Assembly: GCF_006345805.1 (NCBI RefSeq)
Contig: NC_043001.1
Location: 112,964,001-113,028,000, forward strand
DNA: 64,000 bases
Direction of reading: 5' to 3'
DNA from: Octopus sinensis
Taxonomy: Eukaryota
Part shown: piece by piece, positions 26,592 to 38,582 of the stretch
Layout: each line of letters opens with the position of its first letter
Position numbering within the stretch: the first letter of the stretch is position 1
Position numbers and translations under genes: made by a program
Notes under the pieces: model-generated
Databases searched by the model: none
What the model was told of the DNA's origin: nothing
The model's input: the letters and a program-made list of their open reading frames with translations, nothing else

Positions 26592-27560
26592 CAGTAGTTT
26601 TATTTTTATTTTTATAGCGTGCTTTCACTTCACTACCGAGCGCAGCTCTGTGTGCCTTGGGTATGTGCTGTGATTTGTTGTGATGCTCTGATGGTTATTG
26701 TATGGAAAGTGTTCTGCGTAGGATGTGTGCAGTGCCTAGTAGTGCAATTTTCTGTATGTTATATGTGTCTGTAAGTCCTGGTGTTTTTGTTATGTATTTG
26801 TCTGAATATTTTTTTATCATGCCTAATGCACCTACTATGATAGGAATTGTTTCTGTTTTCAGATTCCACATTCTAGTTACCTCTATTTCCAGGTCTTTGT
26901 ATTTTGAAAGTTTTTCCATTTCTTTTAGAGAAGCGTTGTCATCTGCCGGTATTGATACATCAATTAGAAAGCATTTTTTTTCTTCATGGTCTCTGACAAC
27001 TATATCTGGTCTGTTGGCCTTAATTTCTCTATCTGTGTGTATCGGCATATCCCAGAGTATGGTTGCTTTCTCGTTTTCTGTGACCTTTTCTGGTGTGTGC
27101 CTATACCATCTTTTTTCTGTTGTTATTCCATAATGTTGGCATAGCTTCCAATGTATGTAAGTTCCAACTCTGTCATGTCTGTGAATATATTCCTTCTTAG
27201 CCAGGACTGGGCAGCTAGAGATAATATGATTTATTGTTTCTTGTCCATCTCCACATATTCTGCAGTTACTTGTAATATTTCTTTTCATTACATGTTTTTG
27301 GTAATTTCTAGTGGGGAGGCTTTGGTCTTGTGCTGCAATTAAAAATCCCTCTGTTTCTGCTTTGAGTCCTGAGCTTCTCAACCATTGCTGGGATTTTTCT
27401 TTGTCTATTTCTTTTGCGTTTAGTTTAGTCCAGTATTTACCATGAAGGGGCTTTTCTTGCCATCGTTTTATCATGGTTCGTTGCTGTTCTATTTTTAGTT
27501 TGGATTTCATTTTTTTTATAGCTTTTGTTGTTTCTTCATCTTCTTCTTCTTCTTCATGTT
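26592..27560 (-). mobile_element. 5'-truncated R4/Dong-clade non-LTR retrotransposon (RLE type) embedded in a (TAA)n array
   Basis: Uninterrupted ORF followed by a ~100-bp 3' UTR that ends ...AAAACTACTG directly into (AAT)n with no poly(A). (ATT)n arrays lie on both sides (26405-26591 and 27560-27975). Confidence 0.88.
26695..27510 (-). CDS. C-terminal part of a non-LTR retrotransposon ORF: CCHC zinc knuckle + PD-(D/E)xK restriction-like endonuclease
   Basis: Motifs ETEGFLIAAQDQSLPTRNY, CRICGDGQETINHIISSC, RHDRV, RPDIVV...IDVSIP, KLSKYKDL and LGTAHILRR match R4-type RLE LINEs. The frame stays open upstream to ~27558 (HEEEEEDEETTKAIKK). No RT domain is present. Confidence 0.9.
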   Translation of the reverse strand: MKSKLKIEQQRTMIKRWQEKPLHGKYWTKLNAKEIDKEKSQQWLRSSGLKAETEGFLIAAQDQSLPTRNYQKHVMKRNITSNCRICGDGQETINHIISSCPVLAKKEYIHRHDRVGTYIHWKLCQHYGITTEKRWYRHTPEKVTENEKATILWDMPIHTDREIKANRPDIVVRDHEEKKCFLIDVSIPADDNASLKEMEKLSKYKDLEIEVTRMWNLKTETIPIIVGALGMIKKYSDKYITKTPGLTDTYNIQKIALLGTAHILRRTLSIQ

Positions 27561-27595
27561 TATTATTATTATTATTATTATCATTATTATTATTA

Positions 27596-27626
<31 letters not shown>

Positions 27627-27691
27627 CATTATTATTATTATTATTATCATTATTATTATTATTATTATTATCATTATTATTATCATCATCA

Positions 27692-27724
<33 letters not shown>

Positions 27725-27773
27725 TATATTATTATATTATTATTATCATTATCATTATTATTATCATTATATT

Positions 27774-27837
<64 letters not shown>

Positions 27838-27882
27838 TATCATTATTATTTCATTATTATTATATATTATTATTATTTATTA

Positions 27883-27913
<31 letters not shown>

Positions 27914-27927
27914 TATCATTATTATTA

Positions 27928-27974
<47 letters not shown>

Positions 27975-28000
27975 TAATTAATTAATTAATTAATTAATTA
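27560..28000. repeat. (ATT)n array ending in (TTAA)n, abutting the truncated 5' end of the R4/Dong element
   Basis: Direct inspection. Confidence 0.95.
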
Positions 28001-28125
28001 AAGGGGCATTGTGGTAGAATGTCTAAAATGTTTGATCGTTGACTCAGATGTTGTGTATTCAAAATACTAACATATGTAAACATTTAGACATTAGAAAAGT
28101 GCATATGTATGTATGTGTCTATATA

Positions 28126-28156
<31 letters not shown>

Positions 28157-28962
28157 GTACATACATACACACATAATGTATGTATATGTTTGTATTTATA
28201 GAGAGTGAGATAGGTAAAATTGTAGCCAAATAGATAATCAAATAGGTAATTTTTCAACTGATACTCTTTTAACCATTTCTAGCTGCCAAGATTAAATATA
28301 CCCATAGTAGGAAGAAAATGTAGGTCAAATAGCAAAAGCAAATAAATAGATGAATGAGGCGGGGAAAAAAAAAACCCAATATCATGATTACTATTCTCCG
28401 AACATACATTTCCCCCCTCAGTCAAACTCTTTCTATAGACTCTCACTCTCTTAACAGAGTCTAGTTTATAATTCTTCACATTTACACATGCAAGCTTCGC
28501 TTTCAAAACCACTCACAAAATCTGGCCTGCTTCCCAACTAATGAAATTCATTCCGTTCCACTTCCTGGATCTTTGACACACCATGTGATTGGCCCAATTT
28601 CTTCAAATCTGGAGGGATAGTTCAAGGTCCTGACAAACTAAACAGTTTTTTTTTTTCCTTCCTATTTCCATTTTAGAAGCAACAGTTTTAAATCTTCCCC
28701 TTTCTCCTTTTTACTTCCTTTTCTCTGTGTGCGTGTTTATTTTTCTTAAATAGAATTCAATTCTCTAAGAAAACATGGATGTGATAAAATGGTTCCAAAA
28801 ATGGGTTGGGAATGGTGTGATGAGGAACTACTGAAAACTGGTTAATTGTTGAGCATTTGAATGGTTACATCTATTTTAAGTTCTAACTTTATTTGTTGTC
28901 AATGTTTTCTCTTTGTGTCGTTGATAAAATATTATCAGCAAACTGAACTCTAAACGTGACTA

Positions 28963-29298
28963 AAAGACCCCCTTCGGTCATGAATGACCATGGGATTGCA
29001 CCTAGAAAGTTACCCTCCTAGACACAAGTCCGGGCAAGGTTTTTTTTATGGAAGACCAGCAGTTGCCCATGCATACCGGCCTCCCCTCTCCACGCCACCA
29101 GTGTTATCCAAGGGAAAGACAAAGACCGATACAGCTTGGCACCAGTGACGTCGCAACTCATTTCTACAGCTGAGTAAACTGGAGCAACGTGAAATAAAGT
29201 ACCTTGCTCAAGAACACAGCATGCAGCCCGGTCCGGGATTCGAGCTCACAACCTCATGATCGTAAGCTCAATGCTCTAACCACTGAGCCATGCGCCTT
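28963..29298 (-). mobile_element. tRNA-derived SINE family E (CORE-like domain), full length
   Basis: A-box TGGCTCAGTGG and CORE-like GTGTTCTTGAGCAAGG. TSD CTAAA(C/T)GTGACTA (28950-28962 / 29299-29311). Confidence 0.88.
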
Positions 29299-29443
29299 CT
29301 AAATGTGACTACAATTAAATTAACAACTGATTTCAAATATATCATTTAATCGGTAATATACTGGGACTACTAATCAAAAATTACACTTTTTATGATGTTA
29401 AATTTGTAGTTTTCAAAATCACCAATATTCATTTAACACTAAG

Positions 29444-30052
29444 TTAACTCTTTAGCAATTAACCTGACCATATCCAGCCCAGATATTCTTCCTGTTTTAT
29501 GTTCAAACTGACCATGTTCTGCCTCTCACATTTACCCTTCAATATCATTCTAAAAAATAAACCATATCGAAATCAAAATTGAACCAATCCTATGACTGGC
29601 ACCCGGCAGATGCCAGGACCCCTGGACTGGTGGTACGTAAAAAGCACCGTCTGAATCGTGGCCGAAGCCAGTGCCGCCTCGACTGGCTTCCGTGCCGGTG
29701 GCACGTAAATTGCACCAACCCGACCGTGGCCGTTGCCAGCCTCGCCTGGCACCTGTGCAGGTGGCACGTAAAAAGCACCCACTACACTCACGGAGTGGTT
29801 GGCGTTAGGAAGGGCATCCGGCTGTAGAAACATTGCCAGATAAGACTGGAGCCTGGTGCAGCCTTCTGGCTTCCCAGATTCCAGTCGAACCGTCCAACCC
29901 ATGCTAGCATGGAGAACGGACGTTAAACGATGATGATGATCATCATCATCATCAAAACCTCAAAGTCATGAGATAATGTATGATTAATTCAAAACAATTT
30001 GAATAAATAAACATTACATTTGACGATGCCATCTGAATGCTGAAGGGTGAAA
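29444..30052. mobile_element. TTAA MITE family 1 containing a family D copy
   Basis: Colinear with 16137-16363 on both sides of the insertion. Confidence 0.7.
29575..29940 (+). mobile_element. Family D nested in a TTAA MITE
   Basis: D consensus with (GAT)n tail interrupts the MITE at 29444-30052. Confidence 0.82.
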
Positions 30053-30120
30053 CTAGTTGAAAAAGTTAACCTATTTTATTTTTACTTTGACTGCAGTCAT
30101 ACTGGAGCACTGTTTTATGT

Positions 30121-30512
30121 TGTTGCTTACCAACCACATGGTTCCGTGTTCAGTCCCACTGCATGGCACCTTGGGCAAGTGTCTTCTACTATAGCCTTGG
30201 GCCGACAAAAGCCTTGTGAGTGGATTTGGTAGATGGAAGCTGAAAGAAGCCTATTGTATATATGTATATATATGTGTGTATATGTTTGTGCTTCTGTGTT
30301 TGTCCCCCCCAACATCGCTTGACAACCAATGCTGGTGTGTTTACACCCCGTAACTTAGTGGTTTGGCAAAAGAGACTGATAGAATAAGTACTAGGCTTAC
30401 AAAGAATAAGTCCTGGGGTCGGGTTGCTCGACTAAAGGCGGTGCTCCAGCATGGCCACAGTCAAATGACTGAAACGACCGATAAGTCAAATGACTGAAAA
30501 GAGTAAAAGAGA
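30121..30512 (+). mobile_element. SINE family B
   Basis: Matches the B body and tail. Confidence 0.88.
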
Positions 30513-31808
30513 ATAGTGTTAAAATATTTTCTTTAGTGGTGGGAAAGCCCCATTAGCTCAGTAACTAATATTATTTTAATCATTTTGGCAAGTACTAACA
30601 TTAACTTAACTATTATTGTTTTTCATGTGTAATTAAACTTGATGATATACTTCTTTATTTTGGCTTATCTTATGAAAGCAGACAGTATTAAGATGTATTT
30701 GGAAATCTCTACGCAAAGAAAGAGAAAGAAAAACAAATTATCGCACTTAAATTTAGCTCTAATAAGCTTCTTTTCCATTTGATTTGGCTTCTATTTTTGA
30801 AAACAAGATGTTTTAGTGTTTAAATGCTTCACTACCTTACTTTAAACCAAAGTTTATTTAATCTGCAACTTGTATTCCCTAAGTTAAGCTCCTTATGCAT
30901 TTAGTTACCAAAACACTTTGTCACTTACTGAGAGCAGTAAAACAAAAAAAAAATTATAACACCCATTTTTATATTTAAAATTTAATGACTCTGCAAATGT
31001 ATACAGCAACATGGATCATATTTCAACAAAATTTCTTCTTTTAACCTACTCGACTATGAAATATGCCAACTGTATCTTTTCTGTTCTGTTAGATGCAATA
31101 AAGTCACATATACATGCTATATTAGCAACAGAATTTGATATGATGACCAACAGCATTTATTAATGCACCATATCTTAATACTATTTGTTTTTTCTCAATG
31201 CTTCTAATGGGACAAAGAATGGTGAATTGTCAGAAGTGTTAAAGTATCAGATAAAATGCTTAACTATATTTAGTTACAGTTCTTGGCTCTGAAATCCCAC
31301 CAAAGTTGACTTTGCCTTTCATCCTTTTGGGTTGATGAAACAAAGTTCCTGTCAAAAACTGGAGTTGATGTAATTGATTCTGTCTCCTCTCCTCAAAATT
31401 GCTAACATTGTGCCTGAGTCAGAAATTGTTATTTCCTATGTGGCATTCCATTATAAATGAGGAAAACATTTAGTTTGGTAGCATGTATCATACTTTATAC
31501 ACATTCATACATACGGGTAAGTGTAAGGGCAAGCAAGTTAAGCAATTCAGTATACAAAAAATATCAAATACATTTAATACAAAAAATGTGCACATGTATG
31601 CATATGATAAAAGTCCAACTTACACTGGATATAAATGATATCGAGAATTACAAGGGTTGAATAAGAGTTTTATGAGTTCAACAGCTGTTTCTAGGGTCTT
31701 GGTGGCCCCAAATAATGATCGTAGCTCGAATCCATCATCAGATAACACCAGCCTCCATCTTCAGGGAAGAATTTTACATTTGAGGTGTTGACAGAATTGA
31801 GTTTTTAG

Positions 31809-31850
31809 ATGGAATCCCTTCTTTAATTCCTGATATCATTTATATTCTGT
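31809..31850 (+). CDS. Candidate 42-nt symmetric exon ((D)GIPSLIPDIIYIL)
   Basis: Acceptor gtttttag, consensus donor gtaagt, and only one of three frames is open. Confidence 0.25.
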
Positions 31851-32064
31851 GTAAGTCTGACTTTTTTTATATGCATACGCAGGTACATTTTTTGTATTAA
31901 ATGTATTTAATATTCTTTGTTTATTGACTTGCCTCATTTGCTTGTCCTTACATTTACTCCACTACCTGCTCAAGTTTAAATCCCTTGAGCACTATGAAGT
32001 GTATTCTATACAGAGAATACCCATCTCTAATCCATCCATCCATCCATATATATATATATATAAA

Positions 32065-32325
32065 AGCACCATCCAATCGTGGCCATTGCCAGCCTCGCCT
32101 GGCCCCTGTGCTGGTGGCACGTAAAAAGCACCCACTACACTCATGGAGTGGTTGGCGTTAGGAAGGGCATCCGGCCGTAGAAACACTGCCAGATCAGACT
32201 GGAGCCTGGTGCAGCCTTCTGGCTTCCCAGATCCCCGGTCGAACCGTCCAACCCATGCTAGCATGGAAAGCGGACGCTAAACGATGATGATGATGATGAT
32301 GATGTGATGATGATGATGATGATAT
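32065..32325 (+). mobile_element. Family D
   Basis: D consensus with (GAT)n tail. Confidence 0.85.
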
Positions 32326-32599
32326 ATCTATCAATCATCATTTAACATCTGTCTTCCATGCTGGCATGGGCTGGACTGTTAGACCAGACCTAGCAAGTAG
32401 GAGAGCTGCGCCAGGTTCCAGTTTGATTTGACTTGGTTTCTATGACAAGATTAGTCCATTCGATGAGCCAGTGATACTTTAAGTCGTATGGAACTGAATC
32501 AAACTGATGTGAAATAATATATGCAACTCCTCTTAAATGTGTTGAGTGCCAGCATCTTTCATATGTTCACTCACTCAATCGTGTGTGCGTGTGCACACG

Positions 32600-32636
<37 letters not shown>

Positions 32637-32643
32637 AGGTGTG

Positions 32644-32674
<31 letters not shown>

Positions 32675-32676
<2 letters not shown>

Positions 32677-32904
32677 TTCTTTACTACTCACAAGGGGCTA
32701 AACACAGAGGGGACAAACAAGGACAGACAAACGGATTAAGTTGATTACATCGACCCCAGTGCGTAACTGGTACTTAATTTATCGACCCCGAAAGGATGAA
32801 AGGCAAAGTTGACCTCGGCGGAATTTGAACTCGGAATGTAGCGACTGACGAAATACTGCTACGAATTTCGCCCGGCATGCTAACGTTTCTACCAGCTTGC
32901 CGCC
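32675..32904 (-). mobile_element. tRNA-derived SINE family C, full length
   Basis: Head GGCGGCAAGCTGGTAGAAACGTTAG and B-box GAGTTCAAATTCC. Confidence 0.88.
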
Positions 32905-32912
32905 TGTATATA

Positions 32913-32948
<36 letters not shown>

Positions 32949-33105
32949 TGTATGTATGTATGTATGTATGTATGTATGTATGTGTGTGTGTGTGTGTGTG
33001 GTGTGTGTGTGTGTGTGTGTGTGTGTTGTGTGTGTGTGGTGTGTGTGGTGTGTGTGTGTGTGTGTGTGTGGTGTGTGTGTGTGTGTGTGTGTAGGTTTGT
33101 ATATA

Positions 33106-33136
<31 letters not shown>

Positions 33137-33184
33137 TATATATATATATATACATATACATGCACATACATACATAATTACATA

Positions 33185-33405
33185 TGAGGGGCTGCTGAAA
33201 AGTTCCTGACTCTAAGAGTAATGCGAAAGGCCTGGTTGGAGGCCCAACCTCCTGAGTCCTTTTACAGGGCTTAGAAAAAAACTGAAGGACCACTGCAATA
33301 AGTGTATGTGAATCTTTAAAGGGAATATGTTAGATAAAATCATAATTAACTGATCCTCCTGTATTTTCTTTTACCCAAAGCCAGGAACCTTTCAGCAACC
33401 CCTCA
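33185..33405. mobile_element. Mariner-type MITE
   Basis: TIR TGAGGGGCTGCTGAAAAGTTCCTG ... CAGGAACCTTTCAGCAACCCCTCA, with TA at the left end. Confidence 0.78.
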
Positions 33406-33407
33406 TC

Positions 33408-33443
<36 letters not shown>

Positions 33444-34867
33444 TATATCTGAATTCTTGTATGTATTAAATTCTTTGAAAAACAACTTGCAACCATATAT
33501 TTGATTTATGGTTGGACTTTCCCATGCTTCACTTGAACAATATTGATGATATTTCTCAGAGAAGCAGAAAGGCATGCTTTTCACAACCCCTAATCTCTTC
33601 CTCCTCGTCTAAATCCTGACAGCTTCCCCTTCATGCCGGCTAATGAAAACAAGTCTGGGGATGGGCGGGTGGGAACTATTTCACTGTATCCGTATCCTTT
33701 CACCAAAGACACTATGATATCATAGCAAGTTGCACCCGGAACTGAGCTTGTGAATTATAAATGTTGTGAAGAGACACGGTCAGACAGCCTGACAGACAGA
33801 CAGACAGACTTACATGCAAATTATACAAACACATACATGCATAGATGTCACAGTATAATGAAGAGAACTGCAAATGTGTATTGCTGTAAATGAAGCATGA
33901 CCAAATTGGGCTCTGTGTGTGCAGCGTCATGAACTGTTCAAAACTATACATAAAATTGGTGTGTAGGTGTGCATATATGCACGTGTGGATGCATGTGTAT
34001 GTTGTCAAATACACACGCACGTTTCTATTGCTCATTATGTCCGTGTGTCTGAAACAGTGGTGTATTGTAATAGACAGACGTATATAATGTAAAAAATGCG
34101 TGTTTGTGTTCAGAAGCCTTTACTTGCTCTACATGAGTATACATGTTTGTTGGTTTTGAGTGTTGTGTATTTATGTATAACCAGGCGTAATTGAATTTGT
34201 GTGTGTGTGTATGTGTGTGAGACATGTATAAATATGTGTGCGCGTAAATACATGCATGAATATGTACATACATATTACTCTTGTGCATGTACAAACATGT
34301 ACACGCACACACACATCTTGTCATGCAAAGGTTATTGTAATATGCCCATGACATATAAGCATATCATGTGTGTGTGTGTGTGTGTGTGTGTGTACATATA
34401 TCTGTGTGTACATGTGTGTGTGTGTGTGTGTGTCCCCGTGAAGCATACATCAGAACATGATACAAACACATGTACCAACATAGACACCACATGAAGAGTA
34501 GCAGCCCAGTAGGCACACTACACTGATGGATGATGGCCAGCTTGATAGATGGATACAATGAAAATCAGATTTGCAGAGGGAGAAGCAAATCAATACAATA
34601 TGAGGGAAGAGTGAGTAAGAGAGAGAGAAAGAGAGAGAGAGAAAGAGAGAGAGAGAGAGGAGGAGGAGGGAGAGAGCAAAATAAAATGTTTAAACTGGAT
34701 TGACAAGTTTTCTTAAGTTACAAACAGAATTATGTGAAACAACCACTGAAAATGGAACGGACCAGTAAATTTGGACTGAAATATCATTGACTGTTTCATA
34801 GTGGAATGACTCATTACTTCCTGGTTCATGTTTTCTTAAATTAACAAAAAAAAAAAAAAAAAAAGAT

Positions 34868-35150
34868 ATGGTTGTGTGATAAGAAGCCTGCTTCCCAGCC
34901 ACATGGTTCTGGGTTCAGTTCCATTGCATGGCACCTTAGGCAAGTGTCTTCTACTGTAGCCTCAGGCCAACTATAAAGCCTTATGAGTGAATTTGGTTAG
35001 AGGAAACTGAAAGAAGCCTGGTTGTATGTGTGTTTGTGTGTGTCTTTACATCTGTGTTTGTCCCCTACTATCACCTGACAATCAGTGTTGGTGTGTTTTT
35101 TTCTCCCTGTAACTTAGCGGTTCAGCAAAAGAGAATGACAGTATCAAGCT
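34868..35150 (+). mobile_element. SINE family B, diverged and 3'-truncated
   Basis: Matches the B head and middle. Confidence 0.75.
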
Positions 35151-35164
35151 TTAAAAAAAAAAAA

Positions 35165-35381
35165 AAAGATCCTTTCTACTACAGGCACAAGGCCTGAATT
35201 TTGGGGAAGGGGACTAGTTGATTACATCAACCCCAGTGTTTAACTGGTACTTATTTTATTGATCCCAAAAGGATGAAAGGCAAAGTCGACCTCGGTGGAA
35301 TTTGAACTCAGAACATTAAACTCAGACGAAATACTGCTAAGCATTTTGTCCAGCATACTTAATGATTCTTTTAGCTTGCCG
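35165..35381 (-). mobile_element. SINE family C-related
   Basis: AAAGGATGAAAGGCAAAGTCGACCTCGGTGGAATTTGAACTC. Confidence 0.8.
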
Positions 35382-35384
35382 CAT

Positions 35385-35626
35385 TTAATAAGGCACGTAA
35401 AAAGCACCATCTGTTCGTGGCCGTTGCCAGCCTCGCCTGGCCCCTGTGCGGGTGGCACATAAAAAGCAACCACTACACTCACGGAGTGGTTGGCGTTAGG
35501 AAGGGCATCCAGCCGTAGAAACACTGCCAGATCAGACTGGGCCTGAAGCAGCCTTCTAGCTTCACAGACCCCAGTTGAACCGTCCAACCCATGCTAGCAT
35601 GGAGAACGGACGCTAAATGATGATGA

Positions 35627-35645
<19 letters not shown>
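35385..35645 (+). mobile_element. Family D
   Basis: D consensus with a (GAT)n tail that continues into (GGT)n. Confidence 0.85.
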
Positions 35646-35660
<15 letters not shown>

Positions 35661-35882
35661 GGTGGTGGTGGTGGTGGTGGTGGTGGTGGTGGTGGTGGTG
35701 GTGGTAGTGGTGGTGGTGGTGGAGTACTGTGGTTGATACATTCAACTAAAATTCAAGGTGGTGCCCCAGCATGACCACAGTCTAATGACTGAAACAAATA
35801 GAAGTTACATGGGAAGCAATGTCCTTACTCATCAGTCAGCACTTGCTGAATCATACTGTAATGCCTAATTATATAAGAGTTC

Positions 35883-35916
<34 letters not shown>

Positions 35917-35926
35917 ATATGTATGT

Positions 35927-36047
35927 ATATATAGGAAAATGTGTTGCTGAAAATGCACTTAAGTTTCAAAAACTCGTGAATGTTTAAAATACATTCACGA
36001 GTTTTTGAAATTTAAGTGCATTTTCAGTAACACATTTTCCTATATAT
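35927..36047. repeat. Near-perfect 121-bp palindrome (foldback element) within (TA)n
   Basis: 57-bp arms with 2 mismatches and a 7-nt loop TTAAAAT. Confidence 0.92.
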
Positions 36048-36884
36048 TTTTTTCCTGCGTGGAAACACCACTCCCTCTTTTGCTATATATATATATATAT
36101 ATATATATATCTAAAAAATATATATATTTGCGGTGCCCCAGCATGGCCACAGCTCATGAGCTGAAACTGGAAAAATCAAAATCAAAATCATATATATATA
36201 CACACGTGCTCGCGCGCACACACACACACACACATCTTTTTGTGTTTACCATAGACCACTGGGTCATGATTTCATTGTTTTGGGGCATACATAGTTAGGG
36301 TTGTTTTTAGTCCCAGATGAGCTCTGACTAAGACCTATGATCAAAGTTATTCCAGCCATGACCACTCCATTGTATCAAAAGTATGTCTGTGTCTACATTA
36401 CCAAATGTGTCCTTTCTTTTCTCAAAAGAGTAGGGTATGATAGGAGGGAGTTTAGCTGTTGTTTCTAACAAACATGTAGCAGCCTCTCTCATATAGTCAG
36501 GTAAGGTTCAGCTTCTATGTAGTGTATCTTGAGTCATTCTCGTTTAGCCCCATGTCAACTCTAATTGAGCAGGCCTATGATCAAAGACATTCTGGCCATG
36601 ACCATCCTGTTTATTTTTCTTCACAAATGTGTAGCCTCTTTTACACTATTCCAGTGTGTCCTTTTGTTAAGTTGGTAGGTGTGGTTTGACGGAGATTTGA
36701 GACTCTACTTTTAGCTATTTTGAGTAACCACTTTGAGGCTTCCTAGTTAGCTTGTATATCTAAGAAAATTTAAGCTAGTGGACCTCATCTTCTATATCTT
36801 ATATTTAAACATTTTTGTACCTTGCTGGAGCTCTTCCTGATTCAGTATATAATTCTATGAGGAATTAAAGTCACTATTGCAAGA

Positions 36885-37256
36885 GTGGTAAGTAGCTTGC
36901 TAACCAACCACATGGTTCCGGGTTCAGTCCCACTGCGTGGCATCTTGGGCAAGTGTCTTCTGCTATAGCCCCGGGCCGACCAATGCCTTGTGAGTGGATT
37001 TGGTAGACGGAAACTGAAAGAAGCCTGTCGTATATATGTATATATATATATGTATGTGTGTGTGTGTGTTTGTGTGTCTGTGTTTGTCCCCCTAGCATTG
37101 CTTGACAACCGATGCTGGTGTGTTTAGCGGTTCGGCAAAAGAGACTGATAGAATAAGTACTGGGCTTACAAAGAATAAGTCCCGGGGTCGATTTGCTCGA
37201 CTAAAGGCGGTGCTCCAGCATGGCCGCAGTCAAATGACTGAAACAAGTAAAAGAGT
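36885..37256 (+). mobile_element. SINE family B
   Basis: Matches the B body and tail. Confidence 0.9.
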
Positions 37257-37877
37257 ATATAGTGTTACCATTAGTGAATTATACAAAGTACTTGATATAT
37301 TCATCATAATGAGAAATAAGAGGATAATTTGATCTGGAACAACTTTAAAATACCTAAACAGCTCATTAATTATAGAGTTTGAATCAGTTCTTTGTTCCAC
37401 TGAATATTTTATTAATTGGACAGTTGCTAACAACTATTAATATTGATATCAAAAGTTGAGCTGAAATATGTAGGAGGGGCAGAAAGTGGCTGTCCATTAA
37501 ATGTATTTACTGCTCAGTGCCGGAATGATGATTCCAGTGGTATAGACAGGTGAGGTAAATGGAATGCGCATAATGAAAAATGTTGTTTGTAAGAAGGCAG
37601 TGGATAGTACAGGAAATTTGGTAGTTAGATCATATCTGAGACTTTTGAAGACATAATTAGTGGTAGTAGAGATGATAAAGATAATCACAATTATGAGCTG
37701 AGATTAATTTGCATTTCTCTAATTCAGCCTTGATAGAATGAGTAACGTAATTGCCTCCTTGATATGTTGTTAGTTGATAACTTTTTTTTTTGAGAGAAGC
37801 TGGCATTTTCTTTCTAATTTGCTTAACTGAAAGAGGCAAAATGAAATGCAATGATGAGAAAGTTTACTACAATAACA

Positions 37878-38388
37878 CATCATCATCATCATCATCATCA
37901 TCATTTAGCGTCCGCTTTCCATGCTAGCATCGGTTGGACGGTTCAACTGGGGTCTGTGAAGCCAGAAGGCTGCATCAGGCCCAGTCTGATCTGGCAGTGT
38001 TTCTACGGCTGGATGCCCTTCCTAATGCCAACCACTCCGTGAGTGTAGTAGGTGCTTTTTACGGGCCACCCACTCAGGAGCCAGACGGAGCTGGCAAACG
38101 GCCACGAACGGATGGTGCTTTTACGTGCCACCGGCACGGGGTCCAGGTGAGGCTGGCAACGGTCACGAACGGATGGTTCTCTTACGTGCCACCGGCACTG
38201 GTAACTCAGCTGCAATTTCCATTGATCGATTTCGATTCTGATCCTCACTTGCCTCAACAGGTCTTCACAAGTAGAGTTTTGTGTCCCAAGAAGGGAAGGT
38301 ATGCATACTTGGGCTGGCTACATCCCATGTAGAAGGCCACGGGTTATGGTCTCACTTGTCCTGCCGGGTCTTCTTGCGCACAGCATAC
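37878..38388 (-). mobile_element. 5'-truncated RTE-like LINE: end of ORF (KYAVRKKTRQDK*) + 3' UTR + (GAT)n tail (family D, longest copy)
   Basis: Links the short (GAT)n-tailed family D fragments to a LINE ORF end. The RTE assignment is by recall of the ORF end and tail type. Confidence 0.75.
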
Positions 38389-38582
38389 TTCTACAACAAT
38401 AAAAAACAAAAATATGTATATATTATACTTCAACCAACAAATTATTTTTGTGATACCTTGCAGCTTCCTTGCATAAATGCATTAGAGCAGTTTTGATGTT
38501 AGAAATGTGAAATAAATATTTATTACTGTTCTCCGATATTTTTATGTTACAATAACGACACGATTAAATATATATTTTTCAG

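Noticed and set aside
26702-27133. 143-aa plus-strand ORF
   Set aside because: Antisense shadow of the retrotransposon ORF.
28390-28620. Possible decayed L1/Tx1-like LINE remnant
   Set aside because: Only vague similarity across frameshifts; cannot be supported without a database search.
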